A stretch of DNA of 64,000 nt, taken from contig RSEE01000030.1 of NCBI GenBank assembly GCA_003971905.1, forward strand, positions 62,001-126,000, given 5' to 3'. Below the pieces are notes generated by a model. The model searched no databases. It saw only the letters and a program-made list of their open reading frames with translations, and had not been told where the DNA came from. Positions 12,614-25,663 of the stretch are shown here, piece by piece (positions within the stretch are counted from its first letter, which is position 1; the number at the start of each line of letters is the position of its first letter). This DNA is from Moniliella sp. 'wahieum'. Taxonomy: Eukaryota. The position numbers and the translations under genes were made by a program.

Positions 12614-15433
12614 ATGCGCGCTCGCCGCCCCGACTCGCTCGTGCTCGTCGGCACGCCGCTCGTCGCCTCCGACAGCGACGGCCGGCCGCGCGAGGGCGTC
12701 GGCGCAGCGTCGGCGCCCGTGTGGGAGCAGGTCGCCACCGACGCCCAGGGCCGCCGCCGCTTCCACGGCGCGTTTACCGGCGGCTTTAGTGCCGGCTACT
12801 TCAACACGGTCGGGTCCAAGGAGGGCTGGCAGCCCCAGGCGTTCTTTTCCTCGCGCAGCCAGAAACGCGCTGCCGCCCGCTCGGAGCACAGCGAGCAGCA
12901 GGACGAGACACGCAAGCGCGCGCGCGAAATGCGCCTCGATGAGCTGATGGACGAGGAGGATTTGGAGCAGATGCGCGATGCCCATTCCTTGGCTGCCAAC
13001 GAAGCGTATGCGGGTCAGGTGCCCAGGCGGCTCAGAAAGACGGCCAGCTGTTTCTCTCCTCGCTAGCTAGCGCGTCAGGGCATGGCATTGACGCATTTGC
13101 TTCCCTGTCGCCCAGACACGAACGTGAGGCGGGAGAGATGGCCGGCGCAGGCAAGGGAATGTGGGACCCACTACTGGGATCGTTTGTCGGCGGCTCTTCC
13201 TCTGCAGAGGCAACGGTGGGGGGTGGATCTAAAGCCGCCGCCCTGGATCCCATGACTGCCATATTCGGGGGCGCAGCACACGATCCTGGTCGCCCTTCCC
13301 ACCTGGCAAGCCGCCGCAAGAGAGCAAAGGCGCCCAGATTCTCGCCCGCATGGGGTGGCGGGTAGGCACAGGATTGGGACCCAGGGTATCCTACCGAGCC
13401 GTACGACGCTTACGCCTGTTGAACGACCGATTGGAAGCCTGGGCGCTCGGGCGGCCTCCCCCCTCTGCCAGTGAGCCAGACATGGGCCAAGACGAGGAGG
13501 GGCATGCGGCCAAGCATACCTATGCTCCTCCAGATACGCACTTTCTCCCCCCCCCCTCGCAGCGGGATGCCGCGCACCACGGCCTGGGATTCGACTTGGA
13601 CCTGCGCGCGCCTCCCGCTCCCTCAGGCCGGTCCCGGGCGCCACCTCTGTCTCATGGGGGATGGACGTGGGCGAGCGAGGCGGCTGACGCGTCCCTCGCC
13701 CCCCCACCGCCCACCTCGTCCAATGTGCCGCCTCCGCCCGGCTGGGGTCCTGATCGGGCGCGCGTACTGACGATTCTGATGAGCAACCCTCGTGCGGCGA
13801 ATGCGGTGCCTGCACCGGCCGCTCCATCCTCCTCGGCAGCCACCCGCGCCAGTCTGCTCGGAGAACGGCCAGCGCCCGGTCCAGCGCCCAAGCTACAGGA
13901 CTACCTTGCTACGCCCGCACTCCTCTGCCGGACCTGGTCCTGCACCTACTGCCCCTCCTGCTAGCTTACCTGTAGCAGCGCAACCCATTCCCTTGCCCGA
14001 CCCGCGCGCTGCGCGGTCGGCCTTGGGGGGTTCATCCCATTTGGGGTGGCGGAGGATGAGAAGGACAAAGACTCCAAACGATCGCGGTACCTTACCTTTC
14101 TCCGGCTGGCTAGTGCGCCCGGCACGCTTCCCCCGGGCGCACTGACGCTTGCCTCCTGGGCCGCGCAGCATGGCCAGCCAATCGCGAGCGCGCAAGCGGA
14201 GCTAAAAGAGTTTGGTGCGGCCGCTCGGATTTTCCGCCCGTTGGCATCGGCGTTGGCGGGGCGGTTTGCTTCTTCCTCTTCGGCCGCCGAGCCGAGCAGC
14301 AACGACAAGGGAACGAAGCAACCCCCCTCATCAGGGTCGCCCCAGCGCGAAGGAACCCTTCCTGGCGGCTTGGCCCAGCCTCTCACCCGCCCCGACGCAC
14401 CGGGACACGCAGAACGACCATTTGGCCCGCAGCACGCGACGCGTACTTGCACACGGTGGCTTCCGGACCGACTGCTGTCCAAGCGGATGGGGTGCGCTTT
14501 CCCTCCTGCCGGACTGGAGGGGGAGACGGTGCCGGGCTTGGTGGCGCACGCTCCCGGGGAGCAGAGGCCAGCGTCGAACCCGAGGCGGCGGAACAGGCTC
14601 GGTTGGCCGCCTCGGCCCCGGCTTCGGCACGTACGTGGGTGCGGGCGCAAAAAGGGTTGCAGGACATGGTGGACCAACGGTCGTGGGAACAACATGGGCC
14701 CAGTACGGGGACGGGTGGCCCCCCGCGTGCCGTCGGAGCGGAACAAGGTGCGGACCGGACCGCGCGCAGCTTGCCCCGTGCGGATCAAGTGGGTTTGGCT
14801 GAGGACGAGCGGCAGGTGGGGGGTAAGCTACCTTTGCGCCCGCCCATGGACCTGTTCCGTTCCGTCTTTGGAGACTCGGACGACGAAGAGGAGCCGGCGG
14901 ACGCGCTGCCCCGTCCAGGCACCAAGCAAGACAAGCAAGACGAGGCAACGACGACGCTGTTGCCTCCTGTTGCCAGTCGGACAACCGCCTCGTCCACCAG
15001 TAGCATCACCTTTGTTGCCCGTTCCGATCGGCGCACGCCCCTGGGGCGAGGCACGACGGCCTCGTCGCTCGCGGCGCCCGAGGGGGACGTGGGAGCCAGC
15101 GCCGGAACCGAGGCGGACACTAGGCGCGCCGGTGCGGGTGAGCCAGCGACAGGAACGAGCAAGGGCAAGACCAGCAAAAAGAAGAGCAAGCAGGCGAGGC
15201 GACAACGAGGCTTGCTGAGCTTTGGCGAGGAGGGCCAAGACGACGACGAGGGCAGTCGGGTGCCCGTGCGCACAGGCAAGACAAGGCCCGCCCCGGGGTC
15301 GGGGCCACCGCGCGGGGAGGCGGGGGCGTCGTCGACAGCTGCGTCGACCACGGCGGCCACCACGCCAGACGCGCCGCCGCCACCGACGTCGGCGGGCGGG
15401 CGGAGGGCACGGCCGCAGGCAGCGGATCTTTGA
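12614..15433 (+). CDS. G-patch domain protein, GPATCH1/DUF1604 family (splicing-associated)
   Basis: [41 protein letters not shown] is the DUF1604 signature. G-patch [11 protein letters not shown] at about 13350, [19 protein letters not shown]-terminal RPQAADL. Confidence 0.88.
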
Positions 15434-15645
15434 TTAAGGGGAATTGGATAGGATGGGATGATCGATGATCGATGACCCCCGCGCGAGAAGGCTGAAGCTC
15501 AGGGACGGAGCGAATCGGCGGCTGAAATCGGGGATGGAATTGGAAGCGGTTGATCGATGATCGCAATCGAATCGCAATCGAAGAGGCGCATCGTAATCGA
15601 GCAACTAGTAATCGCCCATCGGAGTTGTTCGACTGCCAATCGTTC

Positions 15646-15672
15646 TGATAATCGATAATCGATAATCGATAA
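15646..15672 (+). promoter_or_regulatory. Four tandem GATAA sites at 7-bp spacing, about 315 bp upstream of the GATA-factor ATG
   Basis: tGATAAtcGATAAtcGATAAtcGATAA; function inferred only. Confidence 0.45.
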
Positions 15673-15985
15673 CCGCTCCCAGCCTCGTGGCCGCGGGGCG
15701 GCGCAGGACACTGGCGCCGTGCGGGCAGCACCTGGTTTTGTTTTTTGGGCGTGGCACGTGTCAAGCGAGGCGCAGAGGCGGGGTGCGCAGCATGCTCATC
15801 CTAATCTCCTTGCGGTGTTCGTTGTTCTGTGGGAGTTTTTCCTTTTCGCTTTCCTCCTTTGCTTTCACCTTTGCTTTCTCCCTTGCTTCCTTCCTCTTTC
15901 TCTCCTCTTCCTCCTCTTTTCTCCTCTTCTCTCCTCTTTCTCCCTCTTTCTCTCCTCTTCCTCTCCTCTTCTCCCCCCCCACGCC

Positions 15986-18351
15986 ATGGCGGCGTACACA
16001 AGCGGCATGCCCACCCCCTACCGCCCCCCCGCCTCGCCCCTTGCCCCCTCCCCACCGCGGCATCCTCGACAGTGCCTCCGTCCAGTCCGACAGGAAACGA
16101 CTGCCTCCGCCGCCCATTCGTCCACCACGCCACATCCTTCCCCGCCTCTCCCCCCACCAAGAAGGAGAACAAGAGGGAGCAGGGCATGACCTGCATCAAC
16201 TGCCGCACCGACACCACGCCCCTGTGGCGGAGGGACGAAGACGGCAAGCCGATCTGCAATGCCTGTGGCCTGTTCTACAAGCTGCACGGCACCCAGCGTC
16301 CCATCAATATGAAAAGACAGTGATCAAGCGACGCAAACGCACCCCAGCTGCCCAACAGGCCGGCCTTGCCAAGGACGCTCCTGCCGCTACTGCCACCGCC
16401 AGGCCCGCGCAAGCCCAGGCCGTAGGCAGCACTGCCTCCACCACCTCCCCACTCTCCCCCAGCATCGGCGCCGAAAGTCTCCCTGCTAGCGACAGTGACA
16501 GCGACAGCCCCCTGGCGCACCAGTACCCGCATCCGCACCCGCAACCACCAACCCACCTCCCTCCTGCTCTCCTCCTTCCCTGGTCCCAGCAGTCGCGCCT
16601 TCCACGCCACCCAGGAGACGTACTCCTCCCCAAATCTACCTGCTCGTCGCTCCCCCAGCGCCGACCAGGCGCCCCTCGATGTGTCCCTTCGCCCCGATCG
16701 CGACCGCGAAGCAGCGATGGTGCTGATGGAAGTGGGATGCGGAGGGCGACGCGCCCCCCCGCCAGGGCCTGAACCGGAACTACCCTTGAACTTGAACCAG
16801 GTCCTGGGTGTTGGATCGGTGGGATCCGACATGTCATATCCACCACTCGCGACCCGGCCGTCGGATACGAGTCATATCCCCCCCCCGAACGCAAGCGCAC
16901 CCCAGTCGCACGGTACCTTCCGCCTCCGCCCGGGTACGCTGATCGCTATGCGGAGGAGGATGTGGCAGGGACCATGATGGTGGAGCCACATCGTTCACCC
17001 CCATCCGCTCCCCAAGCATCCCACCCACTGCCGCCAATGCGGATGGAAGTGGACTCGGGCCCAGAGCCCACGACCAAGCGTGCTCGCTCGTCGGCCGAGC
17101 CGATGGAAGCGCCTACGATGGCAATGGCCATGGCCATACCCCCCGCCGACAGTTTCCCAGCGTATTCGCGTCGACCTGGTATCCGCAACTCTACCATGCG
17201 ATCCACCTCGCAACCTGCTGCGCAGGCGCGTTCGCGTCTCCTGGGTGACTCGCCGATCCTAAGCCGGCATGGACTGCCTCTTGCTTCGCGCGGGTGGGGA
17301 GGGCGAGCCAGTCGCCAGAAATGCCGGTGGGCGCCGCTTCGTACTGGGCCCCCGGTTGGGCTGGCCAGGCAACGCCTACTCGTCTCACAAGACGGGCGCG
17401 GTGCCGCTTACGCTCCCACCGCCGTCTGGGCACCTTTTCTCTTCGACCCGCCCGCCGTTTCCCCCCGTCTCGCTGGGTGAGCGGAACGCCGATCCGTCCT
17501 TGGTCGGCGCTTCGCTCCTGCACCCCCTTGCGGAAGCGCCTTCGTATCCCGGGAGCGGGCGAACGAGTAGCGGATCCAACCCTGTTGCAACCCCTCGCTC
17601 TGGCTTCTTCCCCCTCCCCTGCCTGCTGCAGGTGCGGCGGCAGGGGAATGGGTCGCGACGCTGGAAACGGCGTGTGAGCAACTGCGGTGGGAACAGAGGC
17701 GGATGGACCAAATGCTCAGCACGTACCATGCGCTGTTGGCGCAAGCTCGAACCGCGTTCTGCGATCCGGATCCCACCCGCTCCAGGACCGGGACTGAGAC
17801 TTGCTCCCGCCAGCGTGGGATCGAGCGCTAGGCGCGCCAACACCTTTGGTCGGTCGTCGTGCCTTCTCCAAGCCCCACCGGCCCCTAGCGCACGCACACC
17901 TTCTCGCATCCGCCCGTTCCCGCTCCCTCCTTTGCCCACCACGCTGGACCCAGCCCACCCCACCGAGCCTGCACCTGCCCTCGCCTCGCTCCGCCCGGCC
18001 TTGCCCCCACCCTACCCTACGCACCTACCTCGACACACGAACGTACCGGTACCAGGGAGCAAGGAGCAAAGAGCGGAACGAAGACGCGATGGAGTCCGCA
18101 CCGTCTCGCTCCAGTTCCCGCTCCGCTCCCGCTCCCAAAGCCGAAACGAAACCCCGCGCGCTCCGAGTCGCGCCCTTGGCGCAGGAGTGACGCTGACGAG
18201 GACACGGCGATGTGGAGGCGGAGGTGAGGCAGACAGAACGGCAATGGCACATGCAGGGGGGAGCAGCGCGCGCCGGCCCGATCGCGGGGTGCGAGAGTGG
18301 GAGTGGGAGCGCGAGACGGGCGGTCGCTCCGCCGTCCCAGTCGGGGAGTGA
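15986..18351 (+). CDS. GATA-type zinc finger transcription factor (single finger; 3' end approximate)
   Basis: [41 protein letters not shown][K]TVIKRRKR (C-x2-C-x17-C-x2-C) at about 16190-16340. ATG 15986 follows a long CT-rich tract. Confidence 0.88.
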
Positions 18352-19248
18352 GGGGGAGAAGCGACGCGTGGGCGAGCGCGTGGGACAGTGGTGGGTGTAC
18401 GGACGCGGCGCTGTACCCCCACTTGCTTCGCCAGTCCAATACGCCTATTGCGCCCGATGGCTTCGCTGCCCCCCATGCGGTCCCGCCCTATCACGCCCGA
18501 ACAAAAGGTGGACGGGATGGAAGGCATGGAAGGGGTGCATGCCACGTCTTAATATACGCACGGCATTGCAAGTATCCCCGTCCCTCTACCGCGATGTGGT
18601 TGGTGCTGCTCAAGGCGGATACGGTGCGCCCGGAGCACGTAAAGCAGAGTGGTCAAGCTGGTGCAACCCCAGGGGGACAGAGACGCGGTCGGTTGTGTAC
18701 TATATATACCTATCCCACCCTTTAAGGCGCAGACAGATGAATTCGATGGATCGAGGGACCGGGTTTGCTAGCCTAGTGTGTGCCAGATGGCAGATTGGCT
18801 TAGGTGACCGGTGATGGGTCCGTACACTACGTCCCCGAATGGACATGAGAGAACGAGACTGATGTGTAGAAAGCACTGCAGACTGCCAACACTTTATACA
18901 GCCCGCTGGTTTCCGTTCGGCGCATCCGTGCGGTCTCTCCCTCATCAGTAAGATTGTGTATAGTGACGCAGGTGACGCGAGCACGATTCATGATCCGACT
19001 AGCTGTGCCTGCCTTGCGGCCCATCGGTCATCCTTATCGTTTAGTAGAAGTAGAAGCGGTTTAGTATGCGAGGCCTTCTCCTACCAGGATCCTGGCTCAG
19101 GTGTAAAAAAAAGAAGAAAAACAAATCAGCGGCGGCGCAGGCAGTTTCGCACGTCTCGCCTTTGCGCATGCAAAACTCAACCACAGGCGGTTGGTTCTGC
19201 CCCGCCAGCGACCCACGGATGTTGGTGCTCGCGCGACCCAAAAAGGAG

Positions 19249-19343
19249 TGCTTCAAAGGGGAATCGAACCCCTGTCACATCGACGTCTTACAGGCACGAG
19301 GCCAGTCTGGCAACGATGTAGTATACCACTAACCCATTGAAGC
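19249..19343 (-). tRNA. tRNA-Gly(GCC) with about 24-nt intron at the canonical 37/38 position
   Basis: Reverse complement: GCTTCAA TG GGTTAGTGGTATACT A CATCG TTGCCA [GACTGGCCTCGTGCCTGTAAGACG] T CGATG TGAC AGGGG TTCGATT CCCCT TTGAAGC A. Acceptor, anticodon and T stems pair, and a T5 Pol III terminator follows 4 nt downstream. Confidence 0.93.
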
Positions 19344-20088
19344 TTCATGACAGTGCTCCTGGAAGACTTTTGGGGGACGCTGTGCGACCCGAGGCCAACT
19401 AAGGTGGGGCAGGAAGACCGATTGACAAGTACAGGTCGACGCATGAGGCGCGGAGGTCGGTATCATTGACAAATCGCAACTAAACGAAGGAGAGTAGTAA
19501 TATACAGGTTTGGACAAACCCCGTAAAACGATATAGATCGATGGAAAGAAAAAGATACCGATGCTCCACGGCCCGAGACGAGAGGAAACCACAACTGAGC
19601 ACTGATATCCTGATTGTGAAAATGTATAGAGTGGTGACCCAAAAATGTACGCCAGTCTGCTTCGCTCTATTAAAAGCGGAGTTGCCTGCGTTGAGTGCTT
19701 ACTGTGTGCGCTAACAGTACACCGCACTGCAGGCGTAGATGAAACCAGTGAAACGAGATGTACGTTATATACCTGAAGAGAAAGGGTGAGGCGTCTTTTC
19801 GAGTCCGTCTTCTATAAGTATAAGTTTAAGACAGATGGGATATGGAATGATATGAGCCTATAGTTCATCGGACGGGTAAGAAGCACAGTGAAGAAACGGC
19901 TCTGATGGGAACGAGACAGAAGAAGTGATTCAAAAAGGCGCCATGGACCTTTCCCCTTTGGGGAACATCAGGAGCAGAAGGGAAGGGAAAAGGCGCATAT
20001 GTACAAGTGCTCTCGGCCTCCAAAAAGGCGTAGAGAGGGGCATGTGGCGCTTTCACACTGGGTTTTCGCATTTCATCGGTTCCGGTTC

Positions 20089-21758
20089 TTAGAGGGGGTT
20101 GGGTGCATCAATGTTAACCGACACGGCCTTAACCTGGACATAGTTCTCCAACGCGTAGCTTCCATTTTCACGGCCAATGCCCGAGGCCTTGTACCGCCAA
20201 ACGGCACTTGGGACGACAAGGCGTTGTACGTGTTGACCCACACTGAGCCAGCCTGGAGCGCGTGCGCCGTCTTGAGAGCCTTGGAGATGTCACGGGAAAA
20301 CACACCGGCAGCCAAGCCGTACATGGAATCGTTGGCCTTCTGCAACAGCTCTTCGTGGTCCTTAAACTTGTGCACCACGACCACCGGGCCAAAGATTTCC
20401 TCGCGACTAATCACCGAGTCTCCGACGCATCCGTAAAAATCGTCGGCTCAATGAACCACCCGCTTGGCTGGCCCTTGCCCACGTACCGCTCCGCCGGCAG
20501 CGGCTTGCCGCCCGTCACCAAGCGCCCCTCGGTCTTGCCCACCTCAATGTAATGCATGATGCGGTCATACTGCACCTCGCTAATCTGCGGGCCGAGGTAA
20601 CTGTTCGAGTCAAACGGGTCGCCCACCTTGACGGAATCAAACTTGGCCTTGAGGCCGGCAAGGAACGGCTCATAAATCTTCTCGTGCACATAGATCCGCG
20701 TTCCGGCACAGCAGGTTTGGCCCATGTTGAAGTTGGCGCCCATGGTGCACCAGGAAATGGCCTGTTCCAAGTCGGCATCGTCCAGCACCACCGACGGCGA
20801 CTTGCCACCCAGCTCGAGGGTGACCTTCTTGAGGTTGGTGTTGGCTGCTGCCTTCATCACCACGCGTCCGACGCGCGTCGAGCCAGTAAAGGAGACCTTG
20901 TCAATGTCCATGTGCTCTGCAATTGCGTTACCGGCGCCCGGGCCAAGACCCGTGACCAAGTTGACCACACCGGGAGGGAAGCCGGCTTGGTGGATCAGCT
21001 CAAACAGCTTCAGTGCCGACAAGGGCGTGTTCTCGGCCGATTTGAGCACCACCGTGTTGCCCGTAGCAGGGCAGGACCCAGCTTCCAGCCCGTCAGTACC
21101 AACGGGTAGTTCCACGGTACAATGCGCCGCACACGCCCACGGGCTCGAGACGCGTGTACTGGAACAAGTGCGGGTTTTCGCCCTGCAACACTTGGCCCGT
21201 GTGCTTGTCGGCCCAGCCAGCGAAGTAGCGAATGGTCGCGGCCAGTTGCGTGACGTCAAAGGCCTTGGCAATGGACACGGGCTTGCCATTGTCCGTGCCT
21301 CAATTGCCGCCAACTCGTCCAAGTTCGCCTCAACCAGATCGGCGAGTTTGCGAAGCATGGCAGCACGCTCGGGACCGGTCGTGTTCATGCCCCACGTCGT
21401 CTTGAACGCCCGACGCGCCGCCTTGACCGCCAAGTCAATGTCGTACCCATCGCCTTGGGAATCTCGGCAATCTGCTTCTTGGTCGCAGGGTTGTACACCT
21501 TGAGCAGCTCCCCGGTCATGGCAGAGACCCATTGCCCGCTGGATTACCGAGGTAGCAATAAGCAGTTAGGACATTGATCGCAAGGTACCTTTTGACGAGG
21601 AACGGCGCCAGATAAAAGCACGAACAAGGAAAAGGGTTCGAAACGTACTCAATGTACAGACCGCCACTGAAGCTGGACTTGGTGCCGTCGGGGAAGACGA
21701 GGTTCACTTTCGGCACGGGCGACGAGCCGTAAGGGAGACTTTGAGCAGTAGGAGCCAT
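20089..21758 (-). CDS. NAD(P)+-dependent aldehyde dehydrogenase (ALDH1/2-like)
   Basis: KVSFTGSTRVG, KKVTLELGGKSP (catalytic Glu), FNMGQTCCAG (catalytic Cys), REEIFGPV, YGLAAGVF, VPFGG. Intron 21539-21648. TATA at about 21849. Confidence 0.95.
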
Positions 21759-24700
21759 AGTGATGGATAGTGCTAGAGGGAGCAAAGGGGAAAGAGGAAG
21801 AGCAGTGGGGATGATGAAAAAGACAGGAGGGAGGGTAGAAGGTGGAGTTATATATATATGACCCCAGACGCACAGACCCTCGGCCACATGAGCTTATTGA
21901 GGTCTGAGGGAGGCCCCAGCGCGCGGGAATAATAGACGAGACGAAGGAAATAGGTCGGATGAGGGGGCAGGGGACGGTGAGGAATAGCCGCAAGGGCAGC
22001 AGCCGATGGCTCTCGTGCCTGTCATCTGTCACCCACACAAAACACAATAGAAATGTGACATGTGATGAGGCACACGGACATAGGATGAGGCACGGCAGAG
22101 ACGGGGTGATGCTTGACGGATAGCGGCTGACGGCGTGGGGCCCCGGAGTGGGGCACCTCTGCGGTGGTAACTCAGAACACCGGGCATGGCCGGAGACATG
22201 GATCCCGACGATGGGGGAGCGTGGGGGCGGGAGCGCCAGGCAACCGACAAGAGGCGGCTATGTGCGCCGGGGGCCGAGCGTGGAGCAGGAAGCGGCGCTG
22301 GGGGTGGAGGCAAGAGTGGGGCTGGCCGGGCGGCTGGGGAGTGTGGGTGGGGCGGGACGAGAGAGCGGCGGGGGATGGAGTGAGGTGCGGTTGGCGCGCA
22401 CTGCGTCTGTTCGGCTCTGGTTAGCCCGTGGTGGCTCGCCTGCGAAAACAGCCAGAGACACTCGAGCGACGGGAGGCTAGCCTACGGCGCTAAGGCCCAA
22501 AGTCTTCTAAGCGCCCTGCGCGTTTCTACGGCTGCTACGGCTGCTACATCGCCGGTATAGCAGCACAAGGACGGTCAACAGATTGAATGTCCCACTATGA
22601 TGGTGCTTTGCGCAGAGTGTAGCTTAGGCCACGGCGTAAAGGCCTGTAGCACGCTGCTACGTCCGGCCGCGGTACGGTTGGGGCAGGGTTAAAAAAATGG
22701 CCCTGCAACACGTGCGGGGGCAAGCTGCAGCGCTGGCGTCCGAGACAAGTGCCGGCTGGTGCCTGCCGGAGCGCACCCCCGCACCCCGCATGGCAGCCGC
22801 CGTGTGGGGGAATCAGTAGCCAGCTGCAGCAGCTGGGCCTGTGTGTCCCCCCGTGCCTGGGCCGGCAGCCATCACCCATCGCGGCATTAACGTTAAATGT
22901 GTAACGAAGCGCAGCACGTGCAGCTCTCCGATCACCGGTCGCCAGTGGAGCAGGCGACAGCAGAAGAGCGCAGGCTGGACACTGCCCCGTGCTGGGCCCG
23001 AAGCGGGTATAACGCACGAGGCACAGGGACTCTGAGTACATTGAGTGCTGACTGGCGCTTCCATGCTGCATCCCCCACGTCGCAGGGGGGCAGCCAGTGT
23101 GGCGAGCCCGTCCTTGCCCCCACACTGGCGCCCCGCCCCAACTGGGAAGCGCATAGCTGTCTCACCATGTCCGCCCTCCCCAGCGTCTGATCGCATCGGT
23201 TCCGCGCCCTTCCGCACCCGGTTCCGCGCCCCGAACTCGTAGTGCTTGGGCATGGATTGGGACGGCCATTGTTGCATGTCTGTGTCTTCCTCTCCGTTCC
23301 ATTGAACCCAGCCACCATCTTCAAGGCACCACCCTCTCCCCATCATCTTTCGGGCGACGGCGGGTCGCCCAGCCTATCCTCTCTCCCTCGTCGCAAGTCC
23401 CGTTCGTACGGCCGAGGTGGTCCGTGAGTGAGCTTCTGTGAGTTCCTGAATTTGTCCTACTTCAATTATTTTGTCATTGGTCTTGCGCAAGTGAGCGATT
23501 AGTTGTGAGCCTCTGGATCTGGACGTCGGCTTGTCCTGATCTGAGCGTCTCGTTTTCGTTGAGATTCTTCCCTCTCATGCGCTCCGCCTCATGCATCATG
23601 CCTCTACGTTTCTAGCTGAGGGCAGCGAACCTGCCGTTTTCCGTTTTGAGCATTTCTGGGTTTGACTGCCCCCGTTCCTCGCTGAGCGTGGGAACCGTTC
23701 CCTACGGTTGGTCCGTGCTCGTTTCTGGGCACCACAGGTCTCGATTCCCTTGCCCTTTCTTCGTTGTGCTCTGTCTTTCTCTTATAGATCCTGCCTGTAT
23801 GACTCTTGATCCATGTTTCTTGTCCCTTAGCGGGACATTTCGTCTTTTCCTTCGTCTACTTCGTCTTTTTTGTCCCCATTTCGCCTCATCCTTTCGTCGT
23901 TCGTCCTTACACAGCATCCTTTGCCAATCCATCTTGATCCACCGCCAGGCAACTCCCGTGCTACTCTTTTTTAGATCGCCAGCAGTCGCTCCAACTGCTT
24001 CCAGCAGCCACAACTGAGCCGTTTCCGTATCCATTCGGCCGGGCCATCCATTGCCGTCGATCTCCAGCTTTCAATCTGGTCTGTCTGCTCTGCACCGATC
24101 CCGCGGCGACACTGCAAGAGTTGAGTTGTTCTGTCCGACAGACCCCGTCCTACCTTGTCTTGGTCTGAAGACGCGTCAACCGTTCAGGCAACCCTTCAGG
24201 ACCACAACGGACGGTAGACACGCTGGACCTCTGCACGTTCCGGTGCATCCACAACCTCTGGCCACGCCCCCAATTGAGAGGTCCCACCTCGCCTCAAGCT
24301 CTGTTCGGATCTGCCAGTAGTGTCCGGCGGCTCGATGAACCGTGAGTGCCAGTGGCCTGTCCAGATGGAGACGTAAGCGAGCAACAGCACACTAGCCTCG
24401 GTTCCGTTTACTTTATTGTCGGGTGCAGTGCTGTCCAGATACTGACGAAGGGGGGGATGAATATGCGTGCCATGGCAAAAGCAAAATATGATGGTGTGTG
24501 GTGAAGAGAGCACAATCAAATCTCACCGTCAACCTCTTGTCCCGACCATTTTCTTAGCGCGATGCAAAGCACGCTTCAGCCCAAACATCTTCCTCCCAGC
24601 ATCTCGAAGACATGTTGGTCCCAGATTGCTCCAAGGTCCTCGTGGCATGCCTGCACCGTGGCTTGCGTCCAAATTAAATAATGGGCCCCAGTGGCAGTGG

Positions 24701-25663
24701 TACGTTTCGGAGCAGTGCGTAACGCTGCCGCAGATGGCCCGTTCCTTCGCGCCCTCTAAGGAGGAGAAGAAAGGGGGTGCAGAGGATACTGACCAACCTG
24801 CTGTTAGTGTATTCCCACTCGACCGCTGTCCATTACCCCTCTGGCTGTTGGCGCGGTCCACGGTCCCGAAACCTCAACAACATATTTCGTCCTCCCCGAC
24901 ACGCCATGCACCCCGACACTTTGTATCCGCTACCAGACGCAGCATCGTTCGAACCAGAACGAGATGATCAAGGCAAAAGGAAATAGATTGGACCACTGGT
25001 GAGGAGAGCCACGATTCTCACTAGAGTGTTAGTATGGCCATACACTCGGAGACGATATGGTTCATGTCTTGCGTTGCGTTTCCTCTTCCTCCGCGCACCA
25101 CACCTGGGCCCGTTGTTCGAAATGGCAATGTGCATCATACCCAAATAATGAAAAGCGCTCGAGGTGCGGGTCGGCTCCCGCACCATCTCGCGGTGCGCTG
25201 AAATGGAAGGGATAATCGATACCGTACAGAGCTCAGGATGGGCTCAAACAGGTTTAGTAGTGAAGTCAGTCCATGGCGACGAAAAGAAAGGTGCTGGACC
25301 GTCGCGGCGACACGGTGGCCAGAATAGGCAGGGGACAGGTGGCCACGAGACGAACATATAGCGATCTACCCAAGCCTCAGGCCTCAACCCTGCGCGTAAC
25401 GTATACATGTGCCAGTGGACGCCGCGACGGAACATGATGTTGACGCCCGCTCGGTTAGGGGTCTAAGACGCAGAAAAATAGGTGCGCAAAGGCAGGTATC
25501 AAAACAAGCAACAAGAAGATTCGAGCACCGTTTCAAACCGGTGCATTTTTGTCAGGTCGTACATTTCCACATCAATAAGAACGAAAGGGGGGGGGGGGGG
25601 GGGGATTAGTGGTAAGAAGATAAGGCGCGGGGGGGGGGGGGATTAAACCCTCAGGAAGCCCGA

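Noticed and set aside
18905..18950. Hammerhead-like CTGATGA...GAAA on the minus strand
   Set aside because: Stem II cannot close (G opposite G before GAAA) and no stem I/III pairing with an NUH site is evident.
22062..22130. GTGATGA...CTGA box C/D snoRNA candidate
   Set aside because: No terminal stem and no rRNA-complementary guide I can recognise.
23424..23787. TPP riboswitch in a long 5' intron
   Set aside because: No CTGAGA-ATAC...CTTGATC-GG-TAAT-CC-GCG consensus here or at other CTGAGA sites, and no thiamine gene in the window.
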